A stretch of 41,986 nucleotides of DNA, from contig CBETWD010000003.1 in the NCBI GenBank assembly GCA_965539945.1, positions 1 through 41,986 of the forward strand. Direction: 5' to 3'. The notes below the pieces were generated by a model. That model was given only the letters and a program-made list of their open reading frames with translations. It was not told where the DNA came from and ran no database searches. This DNA comes from an uncultured bacterium. GTDB taxonomy: Bacteria > Desulfobacterota > Dissulfuribacteria > Dissulfuribacterales > UBA3076. Within the stretch, counting starts at the first letter, position 1; the number at the start of each line of letters is the position of its first letter. Shown piece by piece: positions 9,384 to 17,296 of the stretch. The position numbers were made by a program, and so were the translations under genes.

Positions 9384-10094
9384 CTATTTTCGCCCTGTAT
9401 ATAGTGTAACAATACCCATTGTCAGAGGTCTGTGCTTAACCTCTCGAAATCCCACATCTCTCATCATTGCGTCCAGGACCTCAGGTTCATAGAAGCTCTG
9501 AATGGAATCTGCCAGATAGCGATAGGCCTCTTTGTCGCCTGAGATAATGCCGGCCATAAAGGGGAGGAGTTTGTGAAGATAGAATTTGTATATCGGAGAA
9601 AAAAGGCGGTTCTTCGGACGCGAGAATTCGAGAATCGCAAGTTTCCCCCCTGTTTTCAGCACCCTTAACATCTCTCTGAGGCCCTGTTCCGGCCGGCTGA
9701 GATTCCTGACTCCAAAGGCTATTGTTATTCCTTGGAATTTCAAGTCATGGAGTGGCAAGTACTCTCCGTCACCGCATATGGGGACTATATATTTTGCCTT
9801 CTTGCTGCCATTTTCCAATTGAAGCGCCCCATGCCGAAGCATCTCATAACAGAAATCCACTGCCACCACCGGGCGCGCTATCTGCCTCACAATTTCAGCC
9901 GAAAGGGGCATGGTTCCGGCGCAGAGGTCCAGGATGGGGCCTTGTTTGAACTCATCAAACTCTCGCGTGGTTACCCATCTCCAGTAGTGGTCTATATAAA
10001 AACTTAGCAACTTGTTTAAGAGATCATATCTCCTTGAAACAGAGGCGAATTTGTCCCGGACAAAGCGCTTTTTCTCATTTCCTGTTGGTATCAT
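9384..10094 (-). CDS. menG: Ubiquinone/menaquinone biosynthesis C-methyltransferase (UbiE/MenG)
   Basis: FASVSRRYDLLNKLLS, ILDLCAGT, IAFGVRN, LEFSRP, AYRYLADSI. Confidence 0.93.
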   Translation of the reverse strand: MIPTGNEKKRFVRDKFASVSRRYDLLNKLLSFYIDHYWRWVTTREFDEFKQGPILDLCAGTMPLSAEIVRQIARPVVAVDFCYEMLRHGALQLENGSKKAKYIVPICGDGEYLPLHDLKFQGITIAFGVRNLSRPEQGLREMLRVLKTGGKLAILEFSRPKNRLFSPIYKFYLHKLLPFMAGIISGDKEAYRYLADSIQSFYEPEVLDAMMRDVGFREVKHRPLTMGIVTLYTGRK

Positions 10095-10104
10095 TATTTA
10101 TGGG

Positions 10105-10193
10105 CGTTCACGGTTCTGGGTTCAAAGGTTCTGGGTTCAAAGGTTCTGGGTTAGCTGATAGACTGATAGGAAAGCTGATAGACTGATAGGAAA
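10105..10193. repeat. Tandem GGTTCTG/GGTTCAAA array followed by a 20-bp direct repeat
   Basis: GGTTCTGGGTTCAAA repeated, then AGCTGATAGACTGATAGGAA twice. Confidence 0.85.
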
Positions 10194-10363
10194 TCGCTTT
10201 TTGCGATTTGGACTGAAACAGCACTTCCAGGCACCACACACTGACTTCTATAGCACTTTTGGAAGCTGCAGTGCGCTTTTCACCAAATATGTGCATTTTC
10301 TTAAGACCGTTAACATGACTTTCTGCTTAAACAAAGCAAACCTCAAAAAAAATATTTTCTAAC

Positions 10364-10379
10364 AGCAAATACCGTGCCA
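10364..10379 (-). promoter_or_regulatory. Sigma-54 (-24/-12) promoter facing menG
   Basis: Minus strand reads TGGCACGGTATTTGCT, an exact fit to TGGCACG-N4-TTGCW. Confidence 0.75.
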
Positions 10380-10390
10380 TTATCGGGCTC

Positions 10391-10453
10391 GTCCAACAAA
10401 CGGTTCAGATTGTGGTTTGCTCCGCTCACACAATCTAACCTTATTCGTTCTAC
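10391..10453 (-). mobile_element. Integron attC site (63 bp)
   Basis: Minus strand: R'' GTAGAAC ... GGTTAGATTGTG/CACAATCTGAACC palindrome ... R' GTTGGAC. Begins 12 bp after the stop of the zinc-ribbon gene. Confidence 0.85.
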
Positions 10454-10465
10454 CTGTCGATCATT

Positions 10466-10798
10466 TCACAGTTCTTCAATTAGCTTGTAATACTCCTTGA
10501 GAGTATGAATGGATTCCATCGTGCTTTGAAACAAGATCCAACTGAGAACAAGGATGCCTATTGTGAGTCCGATCTTCCATGCCCGCGTCGTTTGTGGACG
10601 CCACCAAATCAGGGGCAACGCCAGAGGCCCTATACAACAGACTGCGATGGCAATAAAGGATTTTCGGAAATACCATTGAATCTTTTCCTCTACAAAGCTT
10701 TGGTGGTTGGAGGTATCCAGAAACTCACCGCAGTGTTTACACTTTATCGCATCGTCTTGAATTTCTTCAGCGCAGAAGGGACACCTTTTCATTATCAT
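10466..10798 (-). CDS. Gene cassette: zinc-ribbon membrane protein
   Basis: CPFCAEEI...CKHCGE plus two transmembrane segments. Start placed at ATG 10798 (or 10792) because the longer ORF begins inside the attC. Cassette ends GTTCTAC and GTAGAAC are complementary. Confidence 0.85.
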   Translation of the reverse strand: MIMKRCPFCAEEIQDDAIKCKHCGEFLDTSNHQSFVEEKIQWYFRKSFIAIAVCCIGPLALPLIWWRPQTTRAWKIGLTIGILVLSWILFQSTMESIHTLKEYYKLIEEL

Positions 10799-10806
10799 CT
10801 CTCTTG

Positions 10807-10894
10807 GTAGAACGACCAGCATCACCAGCCGCGCCGGGATGCCTGATAGAAGTTAGCGTGCTGTTCGCGGTCTGCGTGAATGCGATTGTTAGCG
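10807..10894 (-). mobile_element. Integron attC site (88 bp)
   Basis: Minus strand: R'' CGCTAAC, L'' CATTCAC, stem CAGACCGCG/CGCGGCTG, L' GTGATG, R' GTTCTAC. Confidence 0.88.
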
Positions 10895-10949
10895 CTTGTA
10901 ATTGCTTTGTGAACCCAATAAGCAACTTCTTGAGATGATGTATGTTTTG

Positions 10950-11321
10950 CTATGTTGCTTGCAAGTTGTAAGGTTTTATTAGAATTTCAGCCGATATACC
11001 TAAACCATTTTGAAGTTTTCTTATCATAGTGATGGACAGGGACCTTTTTTTGTTTAAAATTTCTGACACTCGTGCCCTTGAGCCAATAAGTGGTATTAAG
11101 TCTTTACGGGATAGCCCCTGACTTTCCATTTGATGAATGATGGCTTCTACTGGTTCAGGTGGAAGTATTGGATGATGTTTTTCTTCGTATGCCTCTATTA
11201 AGGTAACCAATACATCAAGTTTGTCTCCTTCAGGAGTGTCTTTTTGAGCACTCATCAAATTTTCAACTTCTTGTAAAGCTGCATTGTAGTCAGTTTCTGA
11301 TTTAATAGGCTTGATATTCAT
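10950..11321 (-). CDS. higA: HigA-family antitoxin (cassette-borne)
   Basis: IKPIKSETDYNAAL, LVTLIEAYEEKH, IGSRARVSEILNKKRSLS. Confidence 0.92.
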   Translation of the reverse strand: MNIKPIKSETDYNAALQEVENLMSAQKDTPEGDKLDVLVTLIEAYEEKHHPILPPEPVEAIIHQMESQGLSRKDLIPLIGSRARVSEILNKKRSLSITMIRKLQNGLGISAEILIKPYNLQAT

Positions 11322-11329
11322 ATATCACC

Positions 11330-11623
11330 TCATATTGTTGTTGCATCAATTTTGTCATAAGCCTCATGGCTACCAACAAAGCGGATATAAATAATTCCGA
11401 AGTCATAATTAATTGCTGTCACGAGACGATATGTGTTGCCTTTTATGTTGAAAATAACTCGATTATTAGCAACAAAGCTGGCATTTCTATAATCGATTTT
11501 TATGTCGTTTGAAGTTTTCCATTCTGCTAATTTTACTTTTGCATGCCATGACTTTAAAGGTTGTTCAGCATCTGCATGGATTTTCCAAAATTCTCTTAAT
11601 GTCTTTTTTGAAATTATCCTCAT
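11330..11623 (-). CDS. higB: HigB-family mRNA interferase toxin (cassette-borne)
   Basis: MRIISKKTLREFW, RVIFNIKGNTYRL, IRFVGSHEAYDKID; toxin-first gene order. Confidence 0.93.
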   Translation of the reverse strand: MRIISKKTLREFWKIHADAEQPLKSWHAKVKLAEWKTSNDIKIDYRNASFVANNRVIFNIKGNTYRLVTAINYDFGIIYIRFVGSHEAYDKIDATTI

Positions 11624-11702
11624 GATATAGAGTATAGCCTGCTACCATTTTGGGATCAAGCTTTATTTTTGATGTGAGTCAGGAAGTACATTTTTGAGGC
11701 GC

Positions 11703-11905
11703 GACGCGGTAGGACGGCCAGTTACCCGACCGCCCCCGCACAGATCCCGGCGTGCGGAATTACCGCACCGGGCTCCTCAGTGATACTCGCTTCCGTAATC
11801 AGCAAAGACAATCCAAAAACCATATCTTGCCGGCCCCACGTTTATCGAATATCCGAGGCCTGGGCACATTGAACCTCTTTAACATCTCCTTGAATCCCTT
11901 CCAAA
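11703..11905 (-). mobile_element. Group II intron 3' remnant (maturase C-terminus, domain V, domain VI); not class IIC, probably bacterial class E
   Basis: D5 GAGCCCGGTGCGGTAATTCCGCACGCCGGGATC with AGC triad; D6 GCGGTCGGGTAACTGGCCGTCCTACCGCGTC; 11903-11799 translates WKGFKEMLKRFNVPRPRI...CLC*, resembling a maturase domain X end. Confidence 0.9.
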
Positions 11906-12014
11906 TGCGCCGAGATGGATTAGGGCGCTTCGAAATTTTGGATTTTTGCCGCAAGTTCAACAGGGTTGCTCTGCCTGCTAGGTTTGTCTCCGAAACAAAT
12001 CCTTCAATTTCATA

Positions 12015-12938
12015 TCACAATTTCCTCAATGACTGATGACCAATGTCGTCGGCAGGCAACATTTTCAACTCCGATATCCTGGGAAAACCACCGCGATCAT
12101 GTAGCAGCCTGAAGAAATGGAGCAGACCCTGCTGCTTTTTTTCTGAAAGATCGAGTTCTATGCCCTTAAGATATCCCAGACAGTCTGATGAGGTCATTGG
12201 TATCTTGTGGGCAACCAGATTACTTATACGTTCGAGTTCAATCAGGCCCTTGTGATAGCATTCGCTGAGGCGCTTATGGAGGAGACGAATTTTTTCCGGC
12301 CATGCAACCCAGATTTCTTCTCTGATGGCCCATACGGCAAATACAAAAGGCAGACCTGTATGGTCCAACCATATTTTGGCTAGATCCGACCGGAATAGAT
12401 TATCAGTGTTAGATCGCAGCCTCAGGGCCTCGTCCCCTATGGCGAGGTAGGCCTGGGCCACGGGATTTACCGACAGTTCCTTAAAATTTCCTGTCCTGAA
12501 TATGGGTCTCATTCCTAAAAAGTCTTCAAGTATTATATGCAAAAGGTTGACGGATGTTGCGGATTGAGGAGTTAATAGCACAAGTTTTTCATTGAGTTCT
12601 TCAATTGGGACCTTGCTGAGAAGGATCACGCTCCCCACAGGGCCGGTAGCACTTATACTCAGGTTTGGCAATATGTAGTATCTGTCTGCATTGAGGCCGT
12701 ATGCATAGGAGGAAACAATACCCGCATCCAGTTTCCCCTGGGCCAAATGGCTGTTCAAAAAGGTGGGCGGGCCCTCTTCCACCACCCATCCATTGAGAGG
12801 ACCCATTTCCTGCCAGGGGACATAGATCGGCGAGGTATTAATAAAGTTCACAATGCCCAGTTTGGCATACTGAATATTGCCGGCCTCCAACCCCTTTTTC
12901 ATTCCGGATTTTACCTCTTCAATCACCAAATCACCCAA
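12015..12938 (-). CDS. mqnA: Chorismate dehydratase MqnA (exact start uncertain)
   Basis: LGIVNFINTSPI, GPPTFLN, ISATGPVGSV, SATSVNL, LAIGDEAL, TGLPFVFAVW; lies in the mqn cluster. Confidence 0.9.
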   Translation of the reverse strand: MGDLVIEEVKSGMKKGLEAGNIQYAKLGIVNFINTSPIYVPWQEMGPLNGWVVEEGPPTFLNSHLAQGKLDAGIVSSYAYGLNADRYYILPNLSISATGPVGSVILLSKVPIEELNEKLVLLTPQSATSVNLLHIILEDFLGMRPIFRTGNFKELSVNPVAQAYLAIGDEALRLRSNTDNLFRSDLAKIWLDHTGLPFVFAVWAIREEIWVAWPEKIRLLHKRLSECYHKGLIELERISNLVAHKIPMTSSDCLGYLKGIELDLSEKKQQGLLHFFRLLHDRGGFPRISELKMLPADDIGHQSLRKL

Positions 12939-12957
12939 TCACCAAATCACCCAATCC
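12920..12957. repeat. 8-bp tandem repeat (AATCACCA/AATCACCC) at the deaminase-mqnA overlap
   Basis: CAATCACCAAATCACCCAATCACCAAATCACCCAATC; same unit at 37129-37167 and 38905-38950. Confidence 0.9.
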
Positions 12958-14217
12958 CCTGCATCCTTCATGGACAAGGAATTCCAGGATATCTTTATTG
13001 CCAATGGGACCCGACTCTACTGCCAAAAATGTTGCGGCTTTGCCCCTGGCCAGACTCCCCAATTCTTCAGAGATACCAAGGGCCCTTGCTCCACCATAAG
13101 TGCCTGCCCTGAAAATGGCCTCTGGAGGAAGACCGGGGGCCAGCTTTGAAAGGCTTGCCATTTCGGCGAAGATGGAAAGCCGGTCGTTGCTTGCAAGGCT
13201 ATCTGTACCAAGGGCCAATGGTATGCCTGAAGCATGAAGCTCTTCCACAGGAGCCACACCCACTCCAAGGAATACATTGCTCCTGGGACACAGACAAACG
13301 CCAGCCCCTGTTTTTGCCAGGATTGAGATGTCATCCCGGTCCACCTGGACACAGTGAACACAGACAGTATGCCTATCAAGTAGCCCCAAGGTTTCAAGAT
13401 ACCTCACAGGAGACGCTTTGGGGAGATCATAATTCAAGGGCCAGTGTCCTTTTTCTTTTAAGAGTTCTATTAGGGGACCCTGCCTACCTTGCAGGAACTC
13501 TATCTCCTCTTCTGATTCAGCCACGTGAATGGGAAACGGCATGCCATGGCTCTGATCCCATGCCTTAATGGCTTTAAGGACCGTCGGCGCCACAGAATAC
13601 GGGGCATGGGCGGAAAAGGCATAGCGAAAAGATGGCCCCAAGATGTCCATGGGTTCAGGAACTTTTTCATTTACAAAAAGGGGGCTGAGAGGGATTTCTT
13701 CCTCCGCTCCATTCGGTATCGGGCATACCAGTTCTTGAAAGAAGACGCCCCTGAAAGGCCATGTGCCATCTTTTTTGGAAGAAAAAAGCGGGATAACATC
13801 CAGATTTCCCACGTCTCCAACGGCAATTATCCCGTTTTTTTGCATCTCTTTTATCGCCTGACATATGGCCGGTTCCCATTCTTCAGGCCTGATCAGGTCG
13901 CGGGCCTCAATAAGCGCTCTTACCCAGTCAACAAAGGAACCGCTTGGAGAAAGACGCCACCTGAGGGGAGAGAGTTCAAGGTGAGAGTGGGTATTTATCA
14001 GGGCGGGACAAAGTATGGAGTCTCCATAGTCTTTTATCTCTGCCTGATAGCTTGCGCGGAGTTCCGATGCCGGTCCTACCCCTACTATTTTTCCTTCAAA
14101 GGTCGCTATTGCCCCATTTTCTATTGGAGGCCTTGAGACAGGAACCACCCATCTGGCTATGTGAAGATGGAAAGAACTTGGTGATTTGGTGTAGGGGTTC
14201 AGAGGTTCAGGGTTCAC
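12931..14217 (-). CDS. Amidohydrolase, probable aminodeoxyfutalosine deaminase
   Basis: INTHSHLEL, HAPYS, IHVAES, VHCV, LCPRSN, LGTDSLAS; lies between mqnC and mqnA. Both termini are repeat-derived. Confidence 0.8.
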   Translation of the reverse strand: MNPEPLNPYTKSPSSFHLHIARWVVPVSRPPIENGAIATFEGKIVGVGPASELRASYQAEIKDYGDSILCPALINTHSHLELSPLRWRLSPSGSFVDWVRALIEARDLIRPEEWEPAICQAIKEMQKNGIIAVGDVGNLDVIPLFSSKKDGTWPFRGVFFQELVCPIPNGAEEEIPLSPLFVNEKVPEPMDILGPSFRYAFSAHAPYSVAPTVLKAIKAWDQSHGMPFPIHVAESEEEIEFLQGRQGPLIELLKEKGHWPLNYDLPKASPVRYLETLGLLDRHTVCVHCVQVDRDDISILAKTGAGVCLCPRSNVFLGVGVAPVEELHASGIPLALGTDSLASNDRLSIFAEMASLSKLAPGLPPEAIFRAGTYGGARALGISEELGSLARGKAATFLAVESGPIGNKDILEFLVHEGCRGLGDLVIG

Positions 14218-14527
14218 CGTTCAGGGTTACCTTTCTGTAAGGGTTCAGAGGTTCAGAGGTTCAGGGTTCACAGGTTACATTGAAAGATGAACGTCGAACA
14301 TCCAACATCGAACGTCCAACGTCGAATGAAAAACAAATATCCAATACCGAACACACAACAGCTATTTCTATTTCTTCATCTTTTTCTTGACCCTTGCCCC
14401 CTGACCCTTGCCCCTCTGAACCCATGTTCTGTTTCTTCATCTTTTCCCATTCAAAATTCGATGTTGGACGTTCGATGTTCGATGTTCATCTTTTTTCTTG
14501 AACCCTGAACCCATTAACCCATTAACC
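14195..14527. repeat. Nested repeat element A, copy 1 (outer GGTTCAG/CTGAACC arms, inner AACATCG/CGATGTT arms)
   Basis: Core GAATGAAAAACAAATATCCAATACCGAACACACAACAGCTATTTCTATTTCTTCATCTTTT recurs inverted at about 18.76-18.82 kb. Confidence 0.92.
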
Positions 14528-15586
14528 GGATTCTCCAACTAAACTATAGTCCATCAGGCGCTGACGCGGTTCAAAGCCTGCATCGGTAACAATTCTACGT
14601 ATTTCTGCTTCCGAGAGTCGATGACTCACCCCGGCTGCTGCGACCACATTTTCCTCAATCATTGTGCTGCCAAAGTCATTTGCCCCAAAAAATAAGGCAA
14701 TCTGGGCCACTTTGGGACCTTGTGTGACCCATGAGGCCTGAAGATTCGGGAAGTTGTCAAGGACAATCCTGGCGATGGAAAGCAGTCTCAAATATTCCTG
14801 TCCGGTAGATGGCCTGACGTCAAGAGCGGTATTTTTGGGTTGAAAGGGCCAGGCAATAAAGGCTGTGAATCCGTTGGTGCGGTCTTGAAGGTCTCTAAGG
14901 CGTAAAAGGTGTTCAATTCTTTCCTCCGGTCGCTCCACGTGGCCGTACATCATAGTGGCAGTGGTCTTAAGCCCTAATTCGTGGGCAGTCTCCATTACAT
15001 TCAGCCACTCATCTGTTGTGGCCTTCCGTGGGGAGATCTGCTTTCTTACTCTGTCTGTCAGGATTTCCGCTCCACCGCCCGGGATGGAATCGAGTCCGGC
15101 CTTGATAAGCCTGACCAGGACCTCTTTTATAGACAGACTGGAAATATTGGCAAAGTGAACGATCTCAGGAGGAGAAAAGGCATGGCAATGGATTGCAAAA
15201 CCGTCTTTTATAAAAGAGAGCATTTCCTCGTAGAAAGTAAGGGGGAGATCAGGATGGAGCCCGCCTTGCAGCAGGATCTGTGTACCCCCAAGTGATTTTG
15301 TCTCCTCTAACTTCTCAGCCAGTTCTTTCCAGGAGAGTACATAGCCTGAAAGGTCACCCGGTGCGCAGTAATAAGCGCAGAACTTGCAACCGGAGATGCA
15401 TATATTGGTATAGTTAATGTTCCGGTCTATGACATATGTGACAATGGGTTTTGGATGCAGCCTTTGCCTTACTTCGTCAGCAAGTTGGCCCAGAATATTC
15501 AGGTCTGCCTCTTGATAAAGCAAGAGGGCATCATCTCCTGAAAGGCGCCTGCCGGCCCGGACCTTTGATATTATCGGATCAATCAT
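14522..15586 (-). CDS. mqnC: Cyclic dehypoxanthine futalosine synthase (radical SAM)
   Basis: DRNINYTNICISGCKFC, LLQGGLHP, QASWVTQG, GANDFGSTMIEENVV. Confidence 0.95.
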   Translation of the reverse strand: MIDPIISKVRAGRRLSGDDALLLYQEADLNILGQLADEVRQRLHPKPIVTYVIDRNINYTNICISGCKFCAYYCAPGDLSGYVLSWKELAEKLEETKSLGGTQILLQGGLHPDLPLTFYEEMLSFIKDGFAIHCHAFSPPEIVHFANISSLSIKEVLVRLIKAGLDSIPGGGAEILTDRVRKQISPRKATTDEWLNVMETAHELGLKTTATMMYGHVERPEERIEHLLRLRDLQDRTNGFTAFIAWPFQPKNTALDVRPSTGQEYLRLLSIARIVLDNFPNLQASWVTQGPKVAQIALFFGANDFGSTMIEENVVAAAGVSHRLSEAEIRRIVTDAGFEPRQRLMDYSLVGESG

Positions 15587-15600
15587 GGTGAAAAATGAGC

Positions 15601-16686
15601 TCAGACCGGCTCGTAGAGAGTGTCGCGCTCTACAGGCTTTCTCCCTGCCTGTCGGATAAGGTGCTCGATCTCACCACGGGTCATGGCCTGGGAGGTATCC
15701 GCCCCTGCCATGTGCGTAATCTTTTCTTCCAGCACAGTCCCGTCCAGATCATCCGCACCAAAGGACAGGGCGATCTGCGCAACTTTTGGCCCAAGCATCA
15801 CCCAATAGGCCTTGATATGTGAAAAGTTATCCAGCAGGAGTCGTGATACTGCAATACTCTTAAGATCATCCACCCCGCCTGTGGATGACAGGTATTCCAG
15901 TTTTGTATTCTTGGGGTGAAAAGCAAGAGGTATGTAACACAGAAATCCGCCTGTCTCGTCCTGGGCCTCTCTCAGGGCCAGCAGATGCTCTATCCGTTCA
16001 GATATTGTCTCAATATGGCCGTAGAGCATGGTGGCATTGGTCCTGAGACCTGCTCTATGGGCGGTTTTAGCAACTTCCAGCCAGTCCTTCCCAGGGAGCT
16101 TACCAGGGCAGAGCTTTTCCCGTATTCTGGTGCTGAAGACCTCTGCTCCGCCTCCGGGAATGGACCCCAGGCCGGCCTGCATAAGACCTTCCAATGTCTC
16201 GGCAATTGACTGACCCGAAATGGCTGCCAGATGGGCTATCTCTACACAGGTAAAGGCCTGGATATGGATCTCAGGTCTTTCAGCCTTTATGGCCTTCAGC
16301 ATGTCAATATAATACCCATAAGGGAGATCCGGGTGCAGGCCGCCGACAATGTGTACCTCTGTGACGGGTTCGGCATGCCTTTCCCTTATCTTGGAGACTA
16401 TCTCTTCTATGGACATTTCGTAGGCCTTCGGGTGGGTCTTTTCCTTTCCGAAGGCACAGAATTTACACAGATTTATACAGATATTAGAATAGTTTATGTG
16501 CTGATTATAGATATAATAGGCTTGGTTTCCGTTAAGCCTTTCTCTTACCATATTAGCCAGATAACCAAGGGCCGGCAGATGAGTAGTGGAGAAGAGCAGT
16601 TCTCCATCTTCAGCGCTTAAGCGAGTGTCGGACAGGATCTTTTCGTATATTTCAAAGAGTCCTGCTTCTTTAAGGGCTTTTTCCAT
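15601..16686 (-). CDS. mqnE: Aminofutalosine synthase (radical SAM)
   Basis: NYSNICINLCKFC, EVHIVGGLHP, HIKAYWVMLG, FGADDLDGTVLEEKITHMAG. Confidence 0.95.
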   Translation of the reverse strand: MEKALKEAGLFEIYEKILSDTRLSAEDGELLFSTTHLPALGYLANMVRERLNGNQAYYIYNQHINYSNICINLCKFCAFGKEKTHPKAYEMSIEEIVSKIRERHAEPVTEVHIVGGLHPDLPYGYYIDMLKAIKAERPEIHIQAFTCVEIAHLAAISGQSIAETLEGLMQAGLGSIPGGGAEVFSTRIREKLCPGKLPGKDWLEVAKTAHRAGLRTNATMLYGHIETISERIEHLLALREAQDETGGFLCYIPLAFHPKNTKLEYLSSTGGVDDLKSIAVSRLLLDNFSHIKAYWVMLGPKVAQIALSFGADDLDGTVLEEKITHMAGADTSQAMTRGEIEHLIRQAGRKPVERDTLYEPV

Positions 16687-16756
16687 AGTTTGCAGTTACC
16701 TTTACCCGGTTTAATCAAGAGGGAAGAAAGGTGGTGTTAGAAGGTTATTTCCTTTT

Positions 16757-16822
16757 TTAATTCAAAATTCAAAATTAAGAACTCAAAATTGTGTCTGAAC
16801 GGCCTTTTCGTTCAGGCACTAA
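16757..16822. repeat. AATTCAA heptamer arm plus 11-bp-stem hairpin abutting the slyD stop; second copy at 38259-38325
   Basis: CAAAATTGTGTCTGAACGGCCTTTTCGTTCAG(G/A)CACTAAT at both loci. Confidence 0.88.
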
Positions 16823-17289
16823 TTATCCTTTTGCGTCGTGGTAATGCGCACGTCTTTTACAAATACTTCAAAATGCAGGGTCTTGCCGGCCAGGGGATGG
16901 TTAAAGTCCAGCATCATGGCGCTTTCCCATATGGACTTGACAATAGCTGGTTGTCTTAAGCCAAATTCGTCAGGGGCCTTGACTACCTTGCCCACCTCCA
17001 CTTCTCCTGAAATTCTTTCAATGGCCACCAGTGATACCTTCCCGGGATCATAGCGCCCATAAGTGTAGTTTGGAGGGACAAATATTACCTTTCTTTCTCC
17101 AGGAGCAAGCCCGACAATATTTTCCTCAACAGGTTTTGGGAAATTACCCTTTCCGCATACAAAGGTTACCGGTCCCCCCGTCTTTTCAGAGGAATCCACT
17201 ACTTTTCCCGTGGATAGCCTGACCTGGTATTCCATTTCCACCAGTCTTCCATGTTCTACACGGAGTAGGACCTTTTTTGTAATATCCAT
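16819..17289 (-). CDS. slyD: FKBP-type peptidyl-prolyl isomerase (SlyD-like, no His-rich tail)
   Basis: VVDSS, PVTFVCGKG, YGRYD, LDFNHPLAGKTLHFEV. Confidence 0.85.
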   Translation of the reverse strand: MDITKKVLLRVEHGRLVEMEYQVRLSTGKVVDSSEKTGGPVTFVCGKGNFPKPVEENIVGLAPGERKVIFVPPNYTYGRYDPGKVSLVAIERISGEVEVGKVVKAPDEFGLRQPAIVKSIWESAMMLDFNHPLAGKTLHFEVFVKDVRITTTQKDN

Positions 17290-17296
17290 GGTTGCT

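Noticed and set aside
11752-12036. 94-aa plus-strand ORF
   Set aside because: It is antisense to intron domain V and the maturase remnant.
14287-14508. ORFs 14287-14508, 18596-18859, 32363-32654 and 10108-10296
   Set aside because: These are translations of the repeat elements (NVEHPTSN, LDVRCSM, NPEPLNP), not credible proteins.
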